Source: an uncultured Candidatus Micrarchaeota archaeon
Lineage (GTDB): Archaea; Micrarchaeota; Micrarchaeia; Anstonellales; Bilamarchaeaceae
Length of the DNA: 64,000 nucleotides
Reading direction: 5' to 3'
NCBI GenBank assembly: GCA_963714085.1
Contig: OY970229.1
Coordinates: 800,001-864,000, forward strand
Shown: positions 29,537 through 37,862 of the stretch, in pieces
Layout: every line of letters begins with the position of its first letter
Position numbering within the stretch: the stretch's first letter is position 1
Position numbers and translations under genes: made by a program
The notes under the pieces: model-generated
The model's input: the letters and a program-made list of their open reading frames with translations, nothing else
Databases searched by the model: none
What the model was told of the DNA's origin: nothing

Positions 29537-30298
29537 TCATGCTATGCATACAAACGCGCCTGCGGCTGCGAGGACGAAGCCGACGCCGATGTACCAGTAC
29601 ATGGAGCCCCGGATGTTGTCCACGATCTTCCTCTCGCCCGTGTCGCTGATGTAGAAGACCTTGTCGTACTTCCCCTGCCTCACTATCAGGTTCTCAGAGC
29701 CGATGGAGCTGGAAACGCCCTCCTGCAAATCGGCCGTCCCGAGCACGAAGAGCGGGTCGCCTTCGGCTATGTACCATTCCGTGAACCGCAGCTCGTAGCC
29801 GGAAAACCGGTACGCCAGGGCTTTCGCATCTGGATTGGCATCGAGATAGGCGAGCACCTTCTGGTCGAGCTGCTTCTGGGGGAGAATACCGAGGAACCCC
29901 TTGCTGCTGAGATATCCGGTGGAGGAGAAGTCGACCGGGATCTCGATGGTCGCTCCAGTCGGGTCCACGAGCATCTTCCCGGTGTCGTCCTCGAGGTCGA
30001 AATCCTTGTGCGAGAAACCCGATGAGATCATGCGCCAGCCGCCGTTCTTCCCGGGCTGGTACCACTCGGCGTTCATCTTCCAATAGATGCATTTCACGTT
30101 GGATATGGGGCTGAACTGCGGCTCCTTGCACACCGCCTTCCCGAAAAGCTCGATGAGCCCGACCGCAGCGGAGCGGGCCTTGGAGGTCGGGGTGTCTGTT
30201 ATCTTCTGGACCAGCAGGTACTTTTGTATCCCTGAATAGAGGACGCCCAGCCCGATTATCAATAGGGGCCCGCCCCAGCAGCAAAGGGTCAATCCCAT
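29537..30298 (-). CDS. GIDE-domain membrane protein (paralogue 1)
   Basis: DTPTSKARSAAVGLIELFG, SPISNVKCIYW, LEDDTGKMLVDP. Confidence 0.78.
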   Translation of the reverse strand: MGLTLCCWGGPLLIIGLGVLYSGIQKYLLVQKITDTPTSKARSAAVGLIELFGKAVCKEPQFSPISNVKCIYWKMNAEWYQPGKNGGWRMISSGFSHKDFDLEDDTGKMLVDPTGATIEIPVDFSSTGYLSSKGFLGILPQKQLDQKVLAYLDANPDAKALAYRFSGYELRFTEWYIAEGDPLFVLGTADLQEGVSSSIGSENLIVRQGKYDKVFYISDTGERKIVDNIRGSMYWYIGVGFVLAAAGAFVCIA

Positions 30299-30336
30299 GG
30301 CATCCCCGTAGAGAAAATATGGAAAGAAAAAAAAGG

Positions 30337-31068
30337 TCAGTACGTATCGGCTGGTACGGCCGGGGATGTCACTCCGCTTCCGGTCGGGACGCTCGGAGGC
30401 ACTCCGACCGATGCGCCAGAGTATAGGTCGCTCATGCTGCAGGCGCTTCCCGGCGTGAGGAATATGTCGTCACCGAACAGGCCCGGCTTGCAGCTCCAGA
30501 CCACGCTGGAAGACTCCACGCTCGAGGTGGACACCGGAGGCGATGAGGCCGCGGTTCCAGATGTGCTCGTGCTGTTGGCTGCGAACGTGAGCCAGTTGCA
30601 GTTCTTCCCCATCTGGGCGAAAGTGGCCTGCATCTGCGTGGAGACTTTCATGTAGGTGGTGCTGTTCTTGTAGACCATCTCGTACGTCTGGCCGGCGGAC
30701 GTCATCTTCATGTACATGTTCTGCCCCTTTATCTCGATGGTCAGCGGCTGGCCGTTCACCATGGCCGTGCACTCCAGCGGAAGCCCGCTTGTCATCGCTG
30801 CGACGTAGCTCTCGATCGAGCCGATGTTCGTCCCTGCTCCGGTGCCAGAGGGCGTCCCGCTCGCCGTGCCTGAAGTCGTATTGGCTGGCGCTGGTGGAGT
30901 TCCTCCGCTCGGAGCTGCTGCGCCGCCGGTGGTGTTCGCCACTGGGGCGGTTGCGCCAGAGGCCGCTGGGGCGGTGGTGTTCACCGTGCCAGAAGGCCCG
31001 GGCTGCTGGCTGGTGCAGCCGAAAATCAATAATCCTGCCAAAACCATTAGTACAATCAGTTTGTTCAT
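30337..31068 (-). CDS. Putative lipoprotein with Ser/Thr/Pro/Ala-rich linker
   Basis: Lipobox-like LIFGC; SD GGAGG; start ATG 31068. Confidence 0.75.
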   Translation of the reverse strand: MNKLIVLMVLAGLLIFGCTSQQPGPSGTVNTTAPAASGATAPVANTTGGAAAPSGGTPPAPANTTSGTASGTPSGTGAGTNIGSIESYVAAMTSGLPLECTAMVNGQPLTIEIKGQNMYMKMTSAGQTYEMVYKNSTTYMKVSTQMQATFAQMGKNCNWLTFAANSTSTSGTAASSPPVSTSSVESSSVVWSCKPGLFGDDIFLTPGSACSMSDLYSGASVGVPPSVPTGSGVTSPAVPADTY

Positions 31069-31139
31069 ATTATCCCTCCTGAATAGCACTTGGCACGGTA
31101 TTATTTAAAATGGTTGAGATGGAAATCCGAACGGTCATC

Positions 31140-32066
31140 ATGCCACTAGATATCTCGCGCACGCTGTTCGGCAAGCGCATGAAGAATCCCCTCGTACTCG
31201 CATCCGGAGTGCTTGGCGTGACCAGGGCAGGGCTGGAGGCCGTCGCGGAGAACGGCGCAGGTGCATTGACCACGAAATCGCTCTCGATCGAGCCGCGCAA
31301 GGGGCACGAGGGTCCCATTATAATAGAGACCGAATGCGGGCTCCTGAACGCGGTGGGCTATTCGAACCCTGGCATAAGCGACGGAATAGCCGAGTTCTCG
31401 GGATGGAGAAGGGACGAGCCGCTCATAATCAGCATAGCCGGGAAGGACGAGAAGGAGTTCGCGCGGCTCGCAGCCAGGCTCGAGCAAGTGAGAAAAACGC
31501 TCAACTGTGCCGCTGTGGAGATCGCGCTTTCCTGCCCCCACACGCCCGGATTCGGGCTCATGGCCGGCCAGGCAGACCCAAAGGCCGCCGGCAGGATAAC
31601 CGCGGCCGTGCGTAATGAGACCAAGCTCCCAATCATAGTAAAATTATCGCCCAGCGTCCCGGGCGAGGTGGAGGCAGCCAGACTCGCGGAGAAGGCCGGC
31701 GCATCCGCCATAAACATGGGCAACTCGCTCGGCCCGGGGATGAGGATAGACATAAACCGCGGCAAGCCGGTGCTGGGCTTCAAGATGGGGGGCCTAAGCG
31801 GGCCTGCGATAAAGCCGATTACAGTCAGATGCGTCTATGACATCTACGACGCTGTGGAGATCCCGGTCATAGGGACCGGCGGCGTGAACAGCGGCCAGGA
31901 CGCGATAGAGATGCTGATGGCCGGCGCCTCGCTCGTCGGGGTGGGGAGCGCGGTGTATTTCAGGGGCCCGGACGCCTTCATCAAGATAGAAGGCGAGATG
32001 CGCGCCTGGATGAAGGGGCGTGGATACAAAAGGATCGAAGAGCTCGTCGGTGTTGCCCATGAGTGA
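31140..32066 (+). CDS. pyrD: Dihydroorotate dehydrogenase B, catalytic subunit
   Basis: NPLVLASG, TTKS, NAVGYSNPG, LSCPH, GGLSGPAIKP. Confidence 0.95.
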   Translation: MPLDISRTLFGKRMKNPLVLASGVLGVTRAGLEAVAENGAGALTTKSLSIEPRKGHEGPIIIETECGLLNAVGYSNPGISDGIAEFSGWRRDEPLIISIAGKDEKEFARLAARLEQVRKTLNCAAVEIALSCPHTPGFGLMAGQADPKAAGRITAAVRNETKLPIIVKLSPSVPGEVEAARLAEKAGASAINMGNSLGPGMRIDINRGKPVLGFKMGGLSGPAIKPITVRCVYDIYDAVEIPVIGTGGVNSGQDAIEMLMAGASLVGVGSAVYFRGPDAFIKIEGEMRAWMKGRGYKRIEELVGVAHE

Positions 32067-32868
32067 GACGTTCCAGCAAAAGGTCCCGATGCAGACCGCC
32101 AGGGTCGGCAGGGTGTCGGTGGAGAGCGGCAAAGTCAAGACCATAGAGCTGGACACGCGCCTCGTGTGCGAGCCGGGCCAGTTCCTCATGGTGTGGGCGC
32201 CAGGCGTAGGCGAGAGGCCGATGTCCATAGCGAACAACGACCCGCTCACCATCTCGGTCGCCAACGTGGGGAAGGTCAGCTCGGAGTTGCACAGGCTGAA
32301 GCCCGGTTCGCTCCTCTCCTTCAGGGGGCCGCTCGGCAACGGTTTCAAGGTCCAGGACAAATGGAAGCGCATACTCGTGGTGGGAGGCGGTTACGGCGTC
32401 GCCCCGCTCTACTTCCTCGCGAAGATGGCCACCTCGAACGACGTCGAGACGCTGGCCGTCGTCGGGGCGCGCAGCGCCAAGGACATCATCTACGAGGACA
32501 AGCTCTACCTGGTCACCGCGGAAACCTTCGTGACGACCGATGACGGCTCCAAGGGCGCGAAGGGGAGCGTGATGGTGGAGGTCGGGCGGCTGCTCGCTGA
32601 CAGGAAACGCAGGCCCGCGGCGGTGTTCGCCTGCGGCCCGGAGCGCATGATGCTCGCTATCGCGAGGCTGTGTATGAAGCACGATATCCCGTGCCAGCTC
32701 TCCCTAGAGCGCCACATGAAGTGCGGGCTCGGAGTGTGCGGCTCCTGCGACCTGGGCGGCAGGAGCGTGTGCAGGGACGGCCCGGTGTTCGACGCGCTCG
32801 AGGCTCTCGCGATAAAGGAGTTCGGGGAAACTAAAAGAGACGCGAGCGGCGCGCGGAAGAGCATCTGA
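32059..32868 (+). CDS. pyrK: Dihydroorotate dehydrogenase electron-transfer subunit
   Basis: PGQFLMV, RGPLGNGF, GGGYGVAP, ACGP, MKCGLGVCGSC..VCRDGPVF. Confidence 0.95.
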   Translation: MSETFQQKVPMQTARVGRVSVESGKVKTIELDTRLVCEPGQFLMVWAPGVGERPMSIANNDPLTISVANVGKVSSELHRLKPGSLLSFRGPLGNGFKVQDKWKRILVVGGGYGVAPLYFLAKMATSNDVETLAVVGARSAKDIIYEDKLYLVTAETFVTTDDGSKGAKGSVMVEVGRLLADRKRRPAAVFACGPERMMLAIARLCMKHDIPCQLSLERHMKCGLGVCGSCDLGGRSVCRDGPVFDALEALAIKEFGETKRDASGARKSI

Positions 32869-32917
32869 TCGTTTAGACGCGTCGATCTCAAAACAGTTTA
32901 TAAAATCTGGCAGGCCA

Positions 32918-33841
32918 ATGGGCACCATGGAGCTGGTCCATAGTAAAGGATACAGGATGTACAAAGTTTCTGAAGAAAGTATGCCCCGCAACTCATATAT
33001 CATCTGCTCAAGGCATGCCAGCGGCGTGCTCTACCAGCCCCAGATCGCGGGCAAGGAGCTCCAGGACAGGATGGAGAAGGTGGCCGAGGTTTTCTTGGAC
33101 GCTATCGGAAGTACCACGGTCGACGGCAAGAAGGCCAGCCAGGTGACTGAGCTGATTTTCCTTTCCGGCGGACTATATTACCAGCTTAACCACGGCTTCA
33201 AGGAGAGGTACGGCAAGGCGCTCCAGCAGTGCTTCCTCGGGATAAAAAGGCAGCGGCTGGAGGACGGCACGTTCACCGCGGCGGCCACGTATGACAATTT
33301 CGAATCCCTTCCGGACAACGCAACGGTCATAATCGGGGACACGACCGCGACCGGAGCCACGCTCCGGATAGGGATAGGCCGCCTGCTGGACGCCTTCGAA
33401 GAGAAGAAACGCAAGCCCGAGAACCTGGTCGTGTGCTCTCTCGCCTGCTCTGTGGACGGGGCGCGGCTCATGAAGGAGCTGGAGGGGATGATAGGGCGGC
33501 GCTTCCCAGGAGCCCGGGTCCACCTTTTCGTGGCAGAGGAGCTCTTCCACCTCATGCCGGACGGGACCGACCTGAGATTCCTCTACGACGACTGCGTGAT
33601 GCCGGATGAGACGCGGGCCAGGATACTCAAAACATACGGGGAATACCTAGGGAAGAATATGAAGTGCGCGGTCTTCGACTGGGGCACGCGGTGCAAGAAC
33701 CCCGTGGCGCACTACCATGATTTCCTGGGGTTCGCTGACGGGATGCTCGAGAAAAGGCTTGACACGAAGAGCAGGGCGGTCCTGGAAAAGATGAGGGCCG
33801 AAGCAAAGCGGGCGCTCGCTGATTTCGACAGCCCGCTATAG
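32918..33841 (+). CDS. Type I phosphoribosyltransferase-like protein
   Basis: PRPP-loop-like VIIGDTTATGATL; follows pyrDK. Confidence 0.6.
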   Translation: MGTMELVHSKGYRMYKVSEESMPRNSYIICSRHASGVLYQPQIAGKELQDRMEKVAEVFLDAIGSTTVDGKKASQVTELIFLSGGLYYQLNHGFKERYGKALQQCFLGIKRQRLEDGTFTAAATYDNFESLPDNATVIIGDTTATGATLRIGIGRLLDAFEEKKRKPENLVVCSLACSVDGARLMKELEGMIGRRFPGARVHLFVAEELFHLMPDGTDLRFLYDDCVMPDETRARILKTYGEYLGKNMKCAVFDWGTRCKNPVAHYHDFLGFADGMLEKRLDTKSRAVLEKMRAEAKRALADFDSPL

Positions 33842-33864
33842 GGCGCATGGACATGGCCTTGCGG

Positions 33865-34521
33865 CTAGAAGCTGTCTTGGAGGTCTCTGAGCAGTTTCCT
33901 GTTTTCCGACATCACTATCGTGAAACCGTTCCTCTCGCTGACTTCGACATACAACTGCATGCCCGGTTTTCTGAATAGCTGCACCCTCACGCCCTCATCA
34001 CGGTATTCATCCTCTTTCTGGTATCCTATGTCGGCCAATTTCCTGGAAACGACTTCAAAAGGGGCGTTAAACCGAAGCTCTTTTTCGCTGATGGCTGTGA
34101 CGGACGCGCCTTTCGCTGGAGCGGCTTCTACGACGCGGGCCGGGACGGCAGAGATCTTTTTTGGCTCCGGCGCGGGGATTTTGTCCGGGGCTTTGGGTCT
34201 GTACTCCGCCAGTGTGAGATTTTCATCCACGCCCTTTTTTATCTCTGCAAGCAACCCGGGGTCGGACGAATGCACTATGATCTTGTCCTTCAATACAGTG
34301 ACTTCTATTTTTTTGCTGAGATCGAATGCGCCGTCTGGGTGCGGGAACCTGTTCATGGGCTCGCCGGGTTTCAGCCTCGCATAGATCTGAACCGTGCTAT
34401 TTCCACGGATCTCGGCGTTGAACTCGTCGTAACCGATGTTGTTCAGCCTCTTGAATAGTTCAGCCGGGCCGATGCTGAATTCTATTTTTTTGGGTTTGGT
34501 AGACGAAAAAGCTTCGGTCAT
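33865..34521 (-). CDS. Hypothetical protein with two homologous domains and a Pro-rich linker
   Basis: FSIGPAELFKRLNNIGY...VHSSDPGLL vs FNAPFEVVSRKLADIGY...VMSENRKLL. Confidence 0.65.
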   Translation of the reverse strand: MTEAFSSTKPKKIEFSIGPAELFKRLNNIGYDEFNAEIRGNSTVQIYARLKPGEPMNRFPHPDGAFDLSKKIEVTVLKDKIIVHSSDPGLLAEIKKGVDENLTLAEYRPKAPDKIPAPEPKKISAVPARVVEAAPAKGASVTAISEKELRFNAPFEVVSRKLADIGYQKEDEYRDEGVRVQLFRKPGMQLYVEVSERNGFTIVMSENRKLLRDLQDSF

Positions 34522-34596
34522 ATGCGGGATTATGCGGCTAGCTTTATAAAAACAGCACGACCACCAAAAGAAACACCGCGCGTCAATAAGTCATTT

Positions 34597-34630
34597 TACC
34601 AGTTTTTTAGTAAATACTAATTTATAGGTA
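34597..34630. promoter_or_regulatory. Two tandem TACY-N8-RGTA palindromic sites overlapping the rib operon promoter (candidate RbkR operators)
   Basis: TACCAGTTTTTTAGTA (34597-34612) and TACTAATTTATAGGTA (34615-34630). Confidence 0.6.
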
Positions 34631-34648
34631 GACCTTCAATATGGAGCC

Positions 34649-35305
34649 ATGGACGAATCGGCAGCCGCAGCGGCGGGTTTGAGGAAGGGCGGTTTCGTGC
34701 TGATATACGACGGCGACGAGCGGGAGGGCGAGGCTGACCTCTGCTTCCACGCCTCTTTCGCTGCCCCGGAGCGCATCCAGAGGCTCAGGAAGGACGCGGG
34801 CGGCCTCATCTGCCTCGCCTTGGAAGGAAAAATCGCCAAAAAGCTCAGCCTGCCGTTCTACAGCGACATACTGACGGCATCCAAGCACCCGCTCGCGGCC
34901 ATGGACTGCAAAAAGGCTGCCTACGGGGACAAGCCAGCGTTCGCCATCCCTGTGAACCACAAGAAGGTCTACACCGGGATAACGGACAACGACCGCTCGC
35001 TCACCATAAAGAGTGTTGCCGAGCTGGTGGAAAGCGGGATGGACAAGACACACATGACGAAGAGATTCATAACGGACTTCTATTCGCCCGGGCACGTGTT
35101 CCTGCTCATCGGCCGCGGCATAGAGAACAGGCACGGCCACACCGAGCTCACCCTGGAGCTGGCGAGGCGCGCTGGCATGAGCGGCGCCATGGTGCTGTGC
35201 GAGATGCTCGGCTCGGGGAAGGCGCTGGCAAAGAGCAGCGCCAGGCAGTACGCAAAGAAGAACGGATTCGCGTTTTTGGAGGGAAGACAGCTATGGCCAA
35301 AATAG
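34649..35305 (+). CDS. ribB: 3,4-dihydroxy-2-butanone-4-phosphate synthase (archaeal type)
   Basis: YDGDEREGEADL, GGLICLA, TGITDNDR, PGHV, GHTE, LCEM. Confidence 0.95.
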   Translation: MDESAAAAAGLRKGGFVLIYDGDEREGEADLCFHASFAAPERIQRLRKDAGGLICLALEGKIAKKLSLPFYSDILTASKHPLAAMDCKKAAYGDKPAFAIPVNHKKVYTGITDNDRSLTIKSVAELVESGMDKTHMTKRFITDFYSPGHVFLLIGRGIENRHGHTELTLELARRAGMSGAMVLCEMLGSGKALAKSSARQYAKKNGFAFLEGRQLWPK

Positions 35306-36177
35306 GGATAGTCGACACGATGTTCAGCCGCGTGGACATGGGCTCCATGGCGATTGACGAGATAAGGAGGAATTACCATGACGTCGAGCTCCTGCGCAGG
35401 ACCGTGCCAGGGGTGAAGGACCTGCCTGTGGAATGCAAGCGGCTCCTTGATTCGGGATGCGACTCCTGCATGGCCATAGGCATGGTCGGGGGCGCCCCTG
35501 TGGACCAGGTGTGCGCCCACGAGGCCAGCCAAGGCATACAGCAGGTCAAGCTGCTCACAGGAAAGCACGTCATAGAGGTCTTTGTGCACGAGAACGAGGC
35601 ATGGAGCGGGAGGGAGTTCCGCGAAATCTGCGAGAACCGCGTGAGGAAGCACGCGCACAACGCCGTGCTGCTGGTCACGAAGCCCGAGGAGCTGACCAAG
35701 CTGGCGGGAAAGGGCGTGCGACAGGGGAAGGAGGACGAGGGGCCGGTGGAGAGCGGGGCCAGGCCTGTGCGCGTCGCCATCGTCGTCGCGGAGTTCAACC
35801 GCGAGATAACCGAGGTCATGGAGGACAAGGCCCTGGAGACCATAAAGGGGCTGGACGATGCCGAATTCGCGGGCAAGACGCTCGTGGCGGGGGCGTTCGA
35901 GATACCGCTCGCAGCGAAGAAGCTGCTCATGGACAAGGGGGTGGACGCGGTCGTCGCCCTGGGCGCGGTGGTCAAGGGCGACACCGGCCATGACGAGGTC
36001 ATAGTGAAGAACACCGCCAGGCAGCTCGGGGACCTGGCCCTGGAATACCGCAAGCCCGTGGGCCTGGGGATAATCGGGCATGACGCAGAGTATGACGCTG
36101 CCGAGGAGCGGGCCGAGGAATACGCCGAGCGCGCGGTGAAGGCCGCCGTGGACCTTGCGAAGGTGCTGCGCCAATGA
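35293..36177 (+). CDS. ribC-ribH: Fused archaeal riboflavin synthase (RibC) and lumazine synthase (RibH)
   Basis: N half KIGIVDTMFSRVDM..TVPGVKDLPV..IEVFVHE..GVRQG; C half AIVVAEFN..GAFEIP..GAVVKGDTGH..KPVGLGI in one reading frame. Confidence 0.9.
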   Translation: MAKIGIVDTMFSRVDMGSMAIDEIRRNYHDVELLRRTVPGVKDLPVECKRLLDSGCDSCMAIGMVGGAPVDQVCAHEASQGIQQVKLLTGKHVIEVFVHENEAWSGREFREICENRVRKHAHNAVLLVTKPEELTKLAGKGVRQGKEDEGPVESGARPVRVAIVVAEFNREITEVMEDKALETIKGLDDAEFAGKTLVAGAFEIPLAAKKLLMDKGVDAVVALGAVVKGDTGHDEVIVKNTARQLGDLALEYRKPVGLGIIGHDAEYDAAEERAEEYAERAVKAAVDLAKVLRQ

Positions 36178-36758
36178 CAGTGAAGCACGTCGCCGAGGCG
36201 TTCCTGCCCACCAGGCACGGAAGGTTCATGGTGCATGCCTTCGTGGACGACGAGGGTAGGGAGCACGTGGCGCTGGTGAGGTGCGACCACAAGGCCCATG
36301 GCTCCATGCCGGTGCGCGTGCACTCGCGCTGCCTGACCGGAGACACGCTCACATCAATGAGGTGCGACTGCAGGGACCAGCTGGAGGCGGCGATGTCGTA
36401 TCTGGAGAAGAGGGAGTGCGGCATCCTGATATACTTGGACCAGGAGGGCCGCGGCATAGGGCTTTCCAACAAGATAAAAGCCTACGCGCTGCAGGACAAG
36501 GGCATGGACACCGTGGAGGCGAACGCCCACCTGGGGTTCGGCGAGGACCTCAGGGATTATGACGTCGCCGCTGACATACTGAAGTATTTCGGCGTCAGGG
36601 AGATAGTGCTGCTCACGAACAACCCGCACAAGATCGCGGACCTGGAGATGCACGGCATAAGGGTGCTCGAGAGGATACCGCTGCTCACGAAGCCGAACAG
36701 GTACAACAGGGGCTACCTTGAGACGAAGAAGAGGAAGATGAATCATATGCTGGGGTGA
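36174..36758 (+). CDS. ribA: GTP cyclohydrolase II (bacterial type)
   Basis: RVHSRCLTGD, RCDC, QEGRGIGL, LLTNNP. Confidence 0.95.
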   Translation: MTVKHVAEAFLPTRHGRFMVHAFVDDEGREHVALVRCDHKAHGSMPVRVHSRCLTGDTLTSMRCDCRDQLEAAMSYLEKRECGILIYLDQEGRGIGLSNKIKAYALQDKGMDTVEANAHLGFGEDLRDYDVAADILKYFGVREIVLLTNNPHKIADLEMHGIRVLERIPLLTKPNRYNRGYLETKKRKMNHMLG

Positions 36759-37849
36759 TGGACATGGGAGACAGCGAAAGGTACATGCGCCTCGCGCTCG
36801 AACTCGCGAAGAAGGGGAGGACGAGCCCGAACCCCAAGGTCGGCTGCGTCATAGTGAAGGGGAATAGGGTAATCGGCGCCGGCTACCATAGGAAGGCCGG
36901 TCTCCCCCATGCGGAGATAGAGGCGCTTGCAGACGCGAAACGCAAAGGCGACGGCGTGTGCGGCGCCACCATGTATCTCACCCTTGAGCCGTGCTGCAGG
37001 GCCTACGAGGGGAAGCGCACGCCGCCGTGCACCCACGCGATAGCGGCTTCCGGAATCTCGAAACTGGTAGTTGCCATGAGGGACCCGAACCCGAAGGTGG
37101 CTGGCTCCGGAATCGCATTTCTGAGGAAGCGCGGGATCAAGGCCGAGGTCGGGCTCCTGGAAGCCGAGGCGCGCGAGCTGAACGGACCGTACATCAAATG
37201 GATGACGAAACACGTGCCTTACGTCCTGATGAAGATGGCCATGAGCGCGGACGGGAAGACGGCCACGAGGAGCGGGGATTCCAGGTGGGTGAGCGGCGGG
37301 AAGTCAAGGCTGCTCGTCCACCGCATGCGCTCTGAGTCCGATGCCGTGATGGTCGGGGCCGGGACGATCAAGGCCGACGACCCCAGGCTGACGGCGCGGA
37401 TAAGGGGCGCTCACCAGCCGATACGGATAGTAGTGGATTCGGACCTGTGCCTCGACACCAGGGCGGAATTCATGCGGCAGCCGGGCGAGGTCATCATCGC
37501 GGCCGCCGGGACCCCGAGGAAGGAATCAAGGATACTCGAATCGCTCGGAGCCAGGCTTTTGTTCTGCGGGAAGGATGACGTAGACCTCAGGATGCTCATG
37601 CGCAAGCTCGGGAGGATTGGCATCCAGTCCGTGCTCATGGAAGGGGGAAGCGAGCTGAACGGCTCCGCGATCGAAGCCGGGATAGTCGACAGGATATGCT
37701 TCTTCATCGCGCCGAAGATAGTCGGCGGGAAGGAGGCGAAGGGCCCGGTCGGCGGCAGGGGCGTAGGGAAGATGGGCCGGGCGCTGCGGCTCAGGAATAT
37801 GAAAATAGAAAAGATAGATGAGGACTTCCTGCTCACCGCCGATATCTGA
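36758..37849 (+). CDS. ribD: Bifunctional pyrimidine deaminase/reductase
   Basis: PNPKVGC, HAE, TLEPC, TPPC, SADGKTA, EGG. Confidence 0.95.
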   Translation: MDMGDSERYMRLALELAKKGRTSPNPKVGCVIVKGNRVIGAGYHRKAGLPHAEIEALADAKRKGDGVCGATMYLTLEPCCRAYEGKRTPPCTHAIAASGISKLVVAMRDPNPKVAGSGIAFLRKRGIKAEVGLLEAEARELNGPYIKWMTKHVPYVLMKMAMSADGKTATRSGDSRWVSGGKSRLLVHRMRSESDAVMVGAGTIKADDPRLTARIRGAHQPIRIVVDSDLCLDTRAEFMRQPGEVIIAAAGTPRKESRILESLGARLLFCGKDDVDLRMLMRKLGRIGIQSVLMEGGSELNGSAIEAGIVDRICFFIAPKIVGGKEAKGPVGGRGVGKMGRALRLRNMKIEKIDEDFLLTADI

Positions 37850-37862
37850 TTTGATGGCCGGC

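Noticed and set aside
34521..34649. FMN riboswitch upstream of the rib operon
   Set aside because: Region is short and AT-rich with no RFN consensus; palindromic protein-binding sites fit better
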